DNA of 63,052 bases, filler included, from an uncultured bacterium (GTDB lineage: Bacteria; CAYSBA01): assembly GCA_964429075.1 (NCBI GenBank). It is 7 parts of 7 records of this genome, joined end to end, with 100 filler letters (N's around TTAATTAATTAA, not from the genome) between each part and the next. Parts side by side here need not be neighbours in the genome. Positions count along the whole stretch, not along the records: positions 18,713 to 27,632 come from CAYSBA010000034.1; 6 more parts are not named here. One strand, given 5' to 3'. Below, one piece after another: positions 19,063-27,732 of the stretch (its first letter is position 1; each line of letters starts with the position of its first letter). The notes beneath the pieces are model-generated. The model had not been told where the DNA came from, did no database searches, and saw only the letters and a program-made list of their open reading frames with translations. Both the position numbers and the translations under genes were made by a program.

Positions 19063-19822
19063 GACCTGGCTTGATTTCATACCCGGGTTGTCTGATCTTT
19101 TTGAAAGACTCTCCGAAAGTTTTGGTGTAACATGGTTTAACAGGACTCATGTTACAATGTCGCATGTTGCCACCGCTATATTTGTACTTTTGGTATTGTT
19201 CGTTGTTGTCTTAATCTATAAGAGATATCTCAAATCATTTAAAGAGGGTGTGATTCCACCATCAGGGTTTTCCTTGGCCGGTTTCGTTGATCTGGTCCTT
19301 GAAGCCACTCTTAGTCTGATGAAAGATTTAATAGGTCCAGAAGGTCCGAAGCACTTTCCTGTAGTGGCTACACTGGCGCTGTTTATCCTTTTTTCTAATC
19401 TCCTTGGTCTTGTACCAGGATTCGCCCCACCAACAAGCAATCTTAATACAACTCTTGCCTGTGCAATATTTGTCTTTCTTTATTATAACTGGATAGGAAT
19501 TCGAAAACAGGGGTTGATAAGATACTTAACCCATATAGCTAATCCTATTGGTTCAAAAATAGGCTGGTTTATTGCACCTTTGATGCTTCCTATTGAACTA
19601 ATTAGTCATCTTGCAAGACCTATGTCTCTATCTATCAGGTTGATGGGTAATATGATGGGTGATCATACGATACTTGGTATCTTCCTGCTTCTTGTTCCTA
19701 TGTTTATACCGATACCACTTATGCTGCTTGGTCTTATTGTGGCCTTTGTGCAGACCTTTGTGTTTTGTCTTTTAACTGTGGTATATATAGCCCTTGCTGT
19801 CGAAGAGGCAGAAGGGCATTAA
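19049..19822 (+). CDS. atpB: F0F1 ATP synthase subunit a
   Basis: NLLGLVPG, PPTSNLN, ARPMSLSIRLMGNM, QTFVFCLLTVVYI. Confidence 0.97.
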   Translation: MPEHKTWLDFIPGLSDLFERLSESFGVTWFNRTHVTMSHVATAIFVLLVLFVVVLIYKRYLKSFKEGVIPPSGFSLAGFVDLVLEATLSLMKDLIGPEGPKHFPVVATLALFILFSNLLGLVPGFAPPTSNLNTTLACAIFVFLYYNWIGIRKQGLIRYLTHIANPIGSKIGWFIAPLMLPIELISHLARPMSLSIRLMGNMMGDHTILGIFLLLVPMFIPIPLMLLGLIVAFVQTFVFCLLTVVYIALAVEEAEGH

Positions 19823-19853
19823 TTTAAACCCAAACACCTAATGGAGGAGTAAC

Positions 19854-20183
19854 ATGACCAAGTTATCCAGAATCTCCAGAACCCTAATCTACTTAGGGAC
19901 ACTTTTAGTCCCATCGCTGACTGCCTTTGCTGCTGAAGGTGGTGGAACACATAGTGGTTCAGCTGGATTGATTGCTATTGCAGCAGGCATCGGTATTGGT
20001 ATAGCAGCATTTGGTGGTGCTCTTGGTCAGAGTAAAGCATCATCTACGGCATTAGATGGAATTGCTCGAAATCCTGAGGCATCTGGCAAAATCTTCACAC
20101 CATTTATCCTAGGACTTGCAATGATAGAGTCCTTGGTACTGTACGCATTGATCGTTGCCCTGATGCTTATTGGAAAGATTTAG
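19854..20183 (+). CDS. atpE: F0F1 ATP synthase subunit c
   Basis: GIGIGIAAFGGALGQ, ARNPEA, IESLVLY; strong SD GGAGGAG; N-terminal extension ending AFA-AE. Confidence 0.97.
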   Translation: MTKLSRISRTLIYLGTLLVPSLTAFAAEGGGTHSGSAGLIAIAAGIGIGIAAFGGALGQSKASSTALDGIARNPEASGKIFTPFILGLAMIESLVLYALIVALMLIGKI

Positions 20184-20866
20184 TGCCTCATATAAATGCG
20201 AGGGAGGGTCGTCTTATAATTGAGACTACCCTCTCTGTTCTTACTATATATCTTCTGTCTTTCCTCATCAGATTTGCACCCAAAGGTGGTTTGTCAGGAG
20301 AGATTTTTGGGTCATTACCGGCTTTTTTTATGCTTTTTATTCCCCTTTTTATCCTTCAAAAAGAGAACAGAGATATTGATGAAATTGGATTTATTTTAAA
20401 AGGTAGCCTCCATTCTTTAAAAAGAGCTATAGTTCTATTTCTGATTACTGTTCCTCTATTTGGTATTGGCTTTCACATCTGGCAACTATTACTCTTTGAC
20501 AGACAATTTGTGTTAAGGTTTCCTCATAATACCCTTTATCTTATTTTCGTTCATATTTTTGGAGTAGCCCTCCCTGAAGAGCTCTTTTTTAGGGGATATC
20601 TACACGATAGATTAAAAAGACTGATCCCCCCAACTAAGATGTTATTTGGTGTAAAGGTAGGTTTATATATGCTTGTTGTTGCGATTATATTTTCAGTCGG
20701 TCATATATTTACAGATCCAAGGCCTGTAAGACTTGGAGTGATCTTTCCTTCTGTTTTGTTCTCCTGGATGAGAGAAAAAGATGGTACAATAGCTGGGTGT
20801 ACCCTGTACCACGGTCTATCTAATGTACTTGTAAGGATTCTTGAATATTCCTATTTTGGATACTAA
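20183..20866 (+). CDS. CPBP/Rce1-family glutamic intramembrane protease, myxosortase-like
   Basis: ALPEELFFRGY, FSVGH, RLGVIFPSVLFSWMRE, YHGLSN. The RLxxxFPxxLFxWMR segment resembles myxosortase-type members as I recall them. Confidence 0.85.
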   Translation: MPHINAREGRLIIETTLSVLTIYLLSFLIRFAPKGGLSGEIFGSLPAFFMLFIPLFILQKENRDIDEIGFILKGSLHSLKRAIVLFLITVPLFGIGFHIWQLLLFDRQFVLRFPHNTLYLIFVHIFGVALPEELFFRGYLHDRLKRLIPPTKMLFGVKVGLYMLVVAIIFSVGHIFTDPRPVRLGVIFPSVLFSWMREKDGTIAGCTLYHGLSNVLVRILEYSYFGY

Positions 20867-21416
20867 AACTTGGTTCAAGCCTTCCAAGGGCTATATATTT
20901 TTTTTTGGATTGTCCAACCTTTTTTACATAAGTACTTAAAAGAAAGGTAACACGTCCCTGATGTACAATTATTCGATTTTTTAGTGAGACACCTTTCAGG
21001 CCCTCTTTTTTTTCAAATATGGCAACAAGTACTTCTACAATTGAATTACTGTCGTGATACATGTTGTACCGATCTACATAGCTAAAGACAGCAAGGGTCC
21101 TGCCAGAAAGTGGTATGTGTGAGTGAAACAAACCAAGATAATCAAGTCCTGTTAAGGCTTCGATCTCTTTGGCCCTATTAATAAGTCTTGTCTCAACAAA
21201 AAAGATCTTTTTTTGTGAGCTCTTGCCACCATGATAGACAAGGGACCTATGTATGGTTGCTACAGAATCTTTAATTTCGCCAAGCAAAAAACCAAACACC
21301 TCTCTTCTATGAAGACCACTGACACCATTTAATGTAAATTTTAAAATATTATCCAGCGCAGCATCCTTTAAGACTACCTTTGAGATGGGTGGAATAGATT
21401 CAATATCACAAAACAA
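20820..21416 (-). CDS. JAB/MPN (Mov34) domain protein
   Basis: REVFGFLLG...LGLFHSH-x11-SYVD, a JAMM-like motif with a longer spacer than the usual x7. Confidence 0.7.
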   Translation of the reverse strand: MFCDIESIPPISKVVLKDAALDNILKFTLNGVSGLHRREVFGFLLGEIKDSVATIHRSLVYHGGKSSQKKIFFVETRLINRAKEIEALTGLDYLGLFHSHIPLSGRTLAVFSYVDRYNMYHDSNSIVEVLVAIFEKKEGLKGVSLKNRIIVHQGRVTFLLSTYVKKVGQSKKKYIALGRLEPSFSIQNRNIQESLQVH

Positions 21417-21420
21417 AGCA

Positions 21421-22311
21421 TCACTCCTTCTGCAACATAGATAGAATCTCTCTCCTTATTATATGGGTCTTTTTTGACCATTCTGGTGCGATGGCATGAT
21501 TAGGCTTTGCTGTTGCATAGAGACGATGTACAACAGCATTTTGTGGTAATCCTTTAAGTGTCCTGACAACATTTTTAACATAAACATCTCTTTGTTGTGG
21601 GACAAAACTCCCGTTCAAATAATCTCTTGCAATCTTTGTACCTTTTGTAACTATCAAATTATGAAATTTGACCCCCCAGGGCGATGTCTCTTTTAAAACC
21701 TGCACTGTATTACTTACCGATGATTCTGTCTCACCGGGTAGACCATACAAAATATGTGTCACAAGTTTAAACCCCTCTTTTTTAATCCTGTTTGCAGCAT
21801 TAATAAAGTCATCAACAGTATGTGCTCTGTTTGTTTCCTTAAGAATTCTGTCATCGGCAATCTCCAGCCCGATTTCAATCCATATCTCATCCCCAAACCT
21901 GGGCCTTATCTTTTGTAGTAAAAAAAAGAGTGCATCACTCAGAGTATCTGGCCTTGAGGCAATACTTATCCCCACAATATCATCTATGTCACGTACCACA
22001 TCGAGTATCTTTCTCAATTCTTCGATCTTTCCATAGGTTGGTGTGTGATTTTGCACGTAGGCAATTACACCTGCAATATCTTTTCTTCTTGCCCTTTTTA
22101 TACCCTCTATTATCTGATTCTGGTAATCGAATGATCCTTTAAACCAGGTAGGAGAGATTGATTTCATATTGCAGTATGTGCACCCTCCTTTTGATAGACT
22201 GCCATCTATGTTGGGACAGCTGAAGGGACCCCAAACTGGTATCTTTACTACCCTCTTTTTGTATCTTTTTTTAAAGTAATCTGATAAAAAAAGGATCTTT
22301 TTGTTCAACAA
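21421..22311 (-). CDS. TIGR01212/YhcC-family radical SAM protein
   Basis: FSCPNIDGSLSKGGCTYC, IASRPD, EIGLE, NRAHT, HILYGLPGE, VKFHNL. Confidence 0.92.
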   Translation of the reverse strand: MLNKKILFLSDYFKKRYKKRVVKIPVWGPFSCPNIDGSLSKGGCTYCNMKSISPTWFKGSFDYQNQIIEGIKRARRKDIAGVIAYVQNHTPTYGKIEELRKILDVVRDIDDIVGISIASRPDTLSDALFFLLQKIRPRFGDEIWIEIGLEIADDRILKETNRAHTVDDFINAANRIKKEGFKLVTHILYGLPGETESSVSNTVQVLKETSPWGVKFHNLIVTKGTKIARDYLNGSFVPQQRDVYVKNVVRTLKGLPQNAVVHRLYATAKPNHAIAPEWSKKTHIIRREILSMLQKE

Positions 22312-22313
22312 TC

Positions 22314-22619
22314 TTATAGGTATCCAATCTTTCTCTTTGCTTCTTCTGTCATCTTGTCAGGACTCCAGGGCGGTGACCATACAAGCTCAACCTCTGCATC
22401 TTCTACACCATCCAGTCCCTCTATTGCCCTTCTTGCAGCATAAGCAAGGGTCTGATGTAGTGGACATCCTGGTGTCGTAAGGGTCATATCTACATGTACC
22501 TTTTTACCCTCATCTTCAATCCTAACATCGTAGACCAGACCCATCTCAACAATATTGAGGCCAAGCTCTGGATCAAAGACATCAGAAAGGGCCTTCATAA
22601 CATCATCTTTTGTAATCAT
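22314..22619 (-). CDS. DUF59 (SufT/PaaD-like) metal-sulfur cluster assembly factor
   Basis: DPELGLNIVEMGLVY, MTLTTPGCP, VWSPPW. Confidence 0.95.
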   Translation of the reverse strand: MITKDDVMKALSDVFDPELGLNIVEMGLVYDVRIEDEGKKVHVDMTLTTPGCPLHQTLAYAARRAIEGLDGVEDAEVELVWSPPWSPDKMTEEAKRKIGYL

Positions 22620-22794
22620 AACATCTCCTTAGAGCAGAAAATTATAAGTTTAAAGTATATTTATTTCTAATGCATCTTATTGATTGAGTCAAGTTTATGA
22701 ACGAATTTTTACATCACCTTAGCCTTTTCTGGCATTTGAATATTTGTACCTTAAATGATAATATTATAGCGAATATAATCTCTTGGAGAGATCT

Positions 22795-24831
22795 ATGAGG
22801 CAATTAAAAATGTTTTATTTTTGTTTATCCTCGGTTGTGTTATTCTCTATTTTTACCATTTTGCACAGCTGTTCCTGTGGTAAAGAACCGGTAAACTGTG
22901 TTCCACCTTATGTTGCAAGTGCAGATAACAAAAGCTGTGTAATGCCTGAATGTGGACCAGGGCTTAGACCTGCCAAAAAAGATACAGATGAGTATAAGAT
23001 GGGCGAGTGTGCATGTGGTGTAGAGGTCTTTTGTCCCGACGGCAAGGTTTTCAGAAATGGAGAGTGTGTGGATGAACGCTGTTCTACTGACAATCCCTGC
23101 TGTCCTGGCCAGTGGTGCCAGGATATTACCGGCCTGTGTAAGGAGCGTGGCGTGGTGTGCGAAAGCGATGATGATTGTGAAACCCCTGGCATGACCTGTC
23201 AGGAGATAGGGGACACTAAGGTGTGTAGATTTCAATTCTGTGATGATTTGAATCCATGTCCAGAAGGTCTTGTCTGTTTTAACAATAGTTGTGTCCCATC
23301 TGCACCCTGTGATGCATCCTGTGCTGATGGCGAGATTTGTTTTACTCCGAGTAACGAATGTATTGATGCACCACCATCCTGTGAGGGCATTAGCTGTGAG
23401 CCGGGATATCTACCGGTACTTAAGGATCCCAAAAAGATGGGTGAGAATTTTTGCTGCGTCGCAGAGTGTGAATGTGAAGAGTTACCACCACTTGCACCGG
23501 GTCGTCTTGGTCGCTATAGCGATATGGAATTGGCAGGTCAGGAAATACTTGTAAGTACTTACGATGATATCTACGGGGATCTTGTCCTCGTTCATCTGGA
23601 CCTTAATGGTAACATGACAGGCTGGGAATACATAGATGGTATACCTGAAGATGGTAATGTTGTGGGTTCACCAAATGGAATTAGAAAGGGAATCGAAGAC
23701 CCTGGCCCTGATGTTGGGCTTTATACCTCATTAGAGCTGAACTCGCAGGATGATCCAAGAATTGCGTACTATGATAGAGAAAATGGTGCGCTGAAGTATG
23801 CTTACTACTATTCAGGTTCAGATACATGGACAGTTGTGACCGTAGATAGGATAGATGGTGGAGATGTTGGGAAATATGCAGACCTTGCTCTCGATTCAAA
23901 TGGTATCCCTCACATTGCATACTTTATGGATCTTGGTTTTGATCCTGAAAATCCAGATAAAAAACTTTCTGGTCTAAGATACGCCGTTGCAAATACTACA
24001 GATCCAGTTGATCCATCTGACTGGACTATTGTTGATGTAGACATTATGGACAAGGTTGTAGGTCCGTGCAATGACTATGCATGTCAGGACCCTGAGGTAT
24101 GCATGGATATTGGAGACAGTGGTGAATGTCATGAGCCCACCCAGGACTGTGATCCTGCATGCGGTAATGGCGAGGTATGTTACAATGGGAGCTGTATAAA
24201 GGAGCTGACCCCCTCCAACCTTGTTGACATTCCAATGTCTACAGGTCTGTTTCCTGATTTAGAAATAGATCAAAATGGCAACCCTGTTATTGCATACTAT
24301 GACAGAACAGAGGGAACCCTGAAACTTGCTGTAGGTGATGGACAGGGTGGTTTCAGTCAACCGGTTGTTTTGGATGGTGGTTCTGGTGAAGATGTTGGTA
24401 TATACTGCTCTTTAAAACTCTCCCCAGAGGGCTCTGCAGGTATCTCCTACGAGGATCTGATGAATTCAGATCTTGTATATCTCTCGGTCAATCTTTCTGA
24501 CCTTTCCACCACAAGGGAAATTGCAGATGCAGGTCTTTCCACCGGGATATCTACAATTGTCGGCGCAGATAGTCTTTTGCTCTTTACCTCTGACAATAGA
24601 CCCCTAATTTTTTATCAGGATCAAACAAATTCTGACTTATACGTAGTCTACAGGGATGTAACAGGTCAATGGGTATCTCCCATTCCTCTTTTGACAGAAG
24701 GTGGGTATGGCTTTTACATATCCGGTACACTTCAGGATAACACAGCCTATGTTACAAATATGGAGATTGCCTATGATAGTGACGGTAATCTCCTCTACAA
24801 TATTGTGCTTGTGAAATACACAGTCCCCTGA
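22795..24831 (+). CDS. Cys-rich acidic lipoprotein with C-terminal beta-propeller-like repeats
   Basis: Signal ending HSCSC; Cys-rich N-terminal third; repeated DVGxYxxL...PxIAYYD...LKY blades; SD GGAGA before the ATG at 22795. Confidence 0.75.
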   Translation: MRQLKMFYFCLSSVVLFSIFTILHSCSCGKEPVNCVPPYVASADNKSCVMPECGPGLRPAKKDTDEYKMGECACGVEVFCPDGKVFRNGECVDERCSTDNPCCPGQWCQDITGLCKERGVVCESDDDCETPGMTCQEIGDTKVCRFQFCDDLNPCPEGLVCFNNSCVPSAPCDASCADGEICFTPSNECIDAPPSCEGISCEPGYLPVLKDPKKMGENFCCVAECECEELPPLAPGRLGRYSDMELAGQEILVSTYDDIYGDLVLVHLDLNGNMTGWEYIDGIPEDGNVVGSPNGIRKGIEDPGPDVGLYTSLELNSQDDPRIAYYDRENGALKYAYYYSGSDTWTVVTVDRIDGGDVGKYADLALDSNGIPHIAYFMDLGFDPENPDKKLSGLRYAVANTTDPVDPSDWTIVDVDIMDKVVGPCNDYACQDPEVCMDIGDSGECHEPTQDCDPACGNGEVCYNGSCIKELTPSNLVDIPMSTGLFPDLEIDQNGNPVIAYYDRTEGTLKLAVGDGQGGFSQPVVLDGGSGEDVGIYCSLKLSPEGSAGISYEDLMNSDLVYLSVNLSDLSTTREIADAGLSTGISTIVGADSLLLFTSDNRPLIFYQDQTNSDLYVVYRDVTGQWVSPIPLLTEGGYGFYISGTLQDNTAYVTNMEIAYDSDGNLLYNIVLVKYTVP

Positions 24832-24833
24832 TA

Positions 24834-25973
24834 ATGCGACTTTTAATTATCGGCTCAACTGGCTCAATTGGTCAAAGGGCACTTGCTGTTCTTAAAGAGA
24901 ATTGCGGCATTTCACTCGCAATATGCTGTATGTCTGATGTCTTGAATCTTGAGCGTCAGATTGAAAGATACCATCCAGAATATGCTGTTGTTCTAAACGA
25001 GGATGCATACCTTAGTCTGAAGAGTAAAACAGGGCTGTACAGAGATACAGAGATCATCTCTGGCAAAGATGCACTTTTGAAACTCATCAAGGATTGCGAT
25101 GTCATACTAAACGCTGCATCTGGATTTGGAGGAGTGGAGTATACACTTGCTGCAATAAAAGAACGAAAGACGATACTACTTGCCAACAAAGAATCGGTGG
25201 TGGCATGTGGCAGTGTGGTGATGAAAAGGATAAAGGAGTCAAACATAAAATTGATCCCTGTAGATTCGGAACACTCTGCAATATACCAGATACTTAATGT
25301 CTACAGAGACAGGGATATAAAGCGGATAGTGCTTACCGCATCTGGTGGACCCTCTTTCAGGTGCGGGAAAAATTTAACAGAGATGACTATAGAGGAGATT
25401 CTGGATCATCCTACCTGGGATATGGGAAAGCTAATAACCTTCAACTCTGCTACTATGGTAAATAAGGCACAGGAGGTAATAGAGGCAAAATATCTGTTTA
25501 ATATTCCGGTTACAAAAATCGAGGTCCTGGTACATAGACAGAGCATTGTTCATGGTATGGTGGAATTTACCGATGGTCATGTAATCTCTGTTTTATATCC
25601 TCCAGATATGAAAAGGCCTATTGCTCTTGCATTAAAAGAGGCAGGAATTCAGGTAAAAGAACCTTCAGATGGCAGTCTGGATATACTGTATAAAAATAGA
25701 CTCGATTTCAAGAGGCTGGACAGAGAGCAATTTCCTGCTTATTTTGTCTATCTTGATTTTGCATTGCAGGGAGATGATGCTCCACCTGCATCGGTTATGA
25801 TAAATGAGAGGCTGGCCTCTATGGCAATTGGAAAGAAAATAGGTATTGATGAGTTTTTAAGATTCCTTAGGGAATGCTTTGATAATTATAAAGTAGAACC
25901 ATTTGATGGCCCTGACAGTCTCAGCTATGTACGAGAAAAGGTTGAAAGAACATTAAAAGAGGTTGTAGGATGA
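24834..25973 (+). CDS. dxr: 1-deoxy-D-xylulose-5-phosphate reductoisomerase
   Basis: GSTGSIG, LANKES, PVDSEHSA, LTASGGP, HPTWDMG, SATMVNKAQEVIEA; adjacent to rseP. Confidence 0.93.
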   Translation: MRLLIIGSTGSIGQRALAVLKENCGISLAICCMSDVLNLERQIERYHPEYAVVLNEDAYLSLKSKTGLYRDTEIISGKDALLKLIKDCDVILNAASGFGGVEYTLAAIKERKTILLANKESVVACGSVVMKRIKESNIKLIPVDSEHSAIYQILNVYRDRDIKRIVLTASGGPSFRCGKNLTEMTIEEILDHPTWDMGKLITFNSATMVNKAQEVIEAKYLFNIPVTKIEVLVHRQSIVHGMVEFTDGHVISVLYPPDMKRPIALALKEAGIQVKEPSDGSLDILYKNRLDFKRLDREQFPAYFVYLDFALQGDDAPPASVMINERLASMAIGKKIGIDEFLRFLRECFDNYKVEPFDGPDSLSYVREKVERTLKEVVG

Positions 25974-27595
25974 GCTTTATTTTTGCAGTTTTATTGCTTG
26001 GAATCCTCATAGTTGTTCATGAAGCAGGACACTTCGTCGTAGCAAAATTATCAGGGGTATATGTTGAAAGATTTTCAGTTGGCTTTGGCCCTGTAATCCT
26101 TAAAAAAAAGATTGGAGAGACAGAGTATTGCTTGAGCCTTTTGCCCCTTGGTGGGTATGTAAAAATGCTTGGTGAAGAGCCCGATGAAGAGATAGATGAA
26201 TCGATGATACATCGCTCATTTTCAGCAAAGAGACCTCTTGTTAAGTCTCTGATCGTACTTGCCGGTCCCTTATCTAATCTAATATTTCCTGTTTTTATTT
26301 TCCTTTTTATCTACACCCTTCCTTACTCTACAACACCTCCTGTCGTTGGAACTGTGATGCCAGAAAGCCCGGCCGAACGTGCAGGTATTAAGGTGGGTGA
26401 TAAAATAATCTCTGTCGACGGTCACAGGGTGTTTGAGTGGAGTCACATGAGCAAACTAATATCAGAAAGGGCCCAAAAAAAGACAAAGGTTGTTGTTGAA
26501 AGGAATAATAAACTTGTTGAACTATCTACAATACCTGAAAAGAGAGAGACAATAGATAGATTGGGAGACAGGATATCTGCCGGTCGTCTCGGGATCAGCA
26601 GCGCAAGATTTGCTGCAGTCATTGGTGTTAAAAAAAATAGTCTGGCTCATAAAATGGGGCTTAGAAATTTTGATAGAGTTCTGGAAATAGGTGGGAAGTC
26701 TGTAGTTGATTATAACGATCTTTTAGAAAAACTAAAAAGATTCTGTAAAAATGGTTGTAGCATTACGATACAAAGATCACTTGGTATTATTAGATGGCTC
26801 AACGAGATTGATCCAGAGATAGTCCTGGAAAAGAGACTGCCCACCTTTCCTGATGGAATTTTCCCTGCATCCCAACTTGTCTACAGAGTACTTAAGGATT
26901 CACCTGCGATGAGGGCAGGTATCTTGGAAGGCGACAGGATACTTTCTGTAAATGGTAGGCCTTTTGTTGCACTGTTTCAATTGAGCGAAGAGCTTTCACT
27001 TGGAGAAGGTAAAGAGGTGGAACTGGAGATCGAACGCGGTACTAAAAGGGTAAAATTTAAGATAACTCCAGAACGTATAGACTTCAGAGGAGCCTTTGGT
27101 AGCAAACGACACACATTTTATATTGGGGTTGTTTCAGATCCAGATACAATAATACCAGGAGAAATGGTCAGTCTTGGCTTCAGTGTACCAAGAGGTATTG
27201 TTATGACCTATTTTAAGTATAATGAGACCATGTCCATGATTCTTAAAGGCTTTTATAAGCTCCTGACAGGTCAGGTAGGATTAAACAATCTTGGTGGTCC
27301 CATTATGATACTCGATGTGGCAAGCAAGGCTGCAAGATCGGGCATTATTCAATACTTATTTATAATGGTTTTTATCAGTCTGAACCTTGGACTTCTAAAT
27401 CTGCTGCCTATTCCAATTCTTGATGGAGGGCATCTTGTGTTCTTTTCTATAGAGGCACTTATCAAGAGGGAACTACCGGAGATTGTGCAGGTGATTGCAA
27501 ACTATATAGGTCTCGGACTGCTGATACTGCTTATGCTCGTTGCCTTCAGGAATGATATCCTGAGGTATTGGGGCAATATTAAATCACTCTTCTGA
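25970..27595 (+). CDS. rseP: RIP metalloprotease RseP with three PDZ domains
   Basis: HEAGH, PLGGYVKM, AGPLSN, NLLPIPILDGG and three PDZ-like segments. Confidence 0.95.
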   Translation: MSFIFAVLLLGILIVVHEAGHFVVAKLSGVYVERFSVGFGPVILKKKIGETEYCLSLLPLGGYVKMLGEEPDEEIDESMIHRSFSAKRPLVKSLIVLAGPLSNLIFPVFIFLFIYTLPYSTTPPVVGTVMPESPAERAGIKVGDKIISVDGHRVFEWSHMSKLISERAQKKTKVVVERNNKLVELSTIPEKRETIDRLGDRISAGRLGISSARFAAVIGVKKNSLAHKMGLRNFDRVLEIGGKSVVDYNDLLEKLKRFCKNGCSITIQRSLGIIRWLNEIDPEIVLEKRLPTFPDGIFPASQLVYRVLKDSPAMRAGILEGDRILSVNGRPFVALFQLSEELSLGEGKEVELEIERGTKRVKFKITPERIDFRGAFGSKRHTFYIGVVSDPDTIIPGEMVSLGFSVPRGIVMTYFKYNETMSMILKGFYKLLTGQVGLNNLGGPIMILDVASKAARSGIIQYLFIMVFISLNLGLLNLLPIPILDGGHLVFFSIEALIKRELPEIVQVIANYIGLGLLILLMLVAFRNDILRYWGNIKSLF

Positions 27596-27632
27596 AAATT
27601 ATATATTGAAGATTGTGTAATAAGGGTTGAGT

Positions 27633-27732
27633 NNNNNNNNNNNNNNNNNNNNNNNNNNNNNNNNNNNNNNNNNNNNTTAATTAATTAANNNNNNNNNNNN
27701 NNNNNNNNNNNNNNNNNNNNNNNNNNNNNNNN
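27633..27732. other. Artificial contig linker
   Basis: 44 N + TTAATTAATTAA + 44 N. Confidence 0.97.

Noticed and set aside
20820..21416. JAB protein as part of a CBASS or other ubiquitin-like defence system
   Set aside because: No cyclase, E1/E2 or effector gene is adjacent within the contig.
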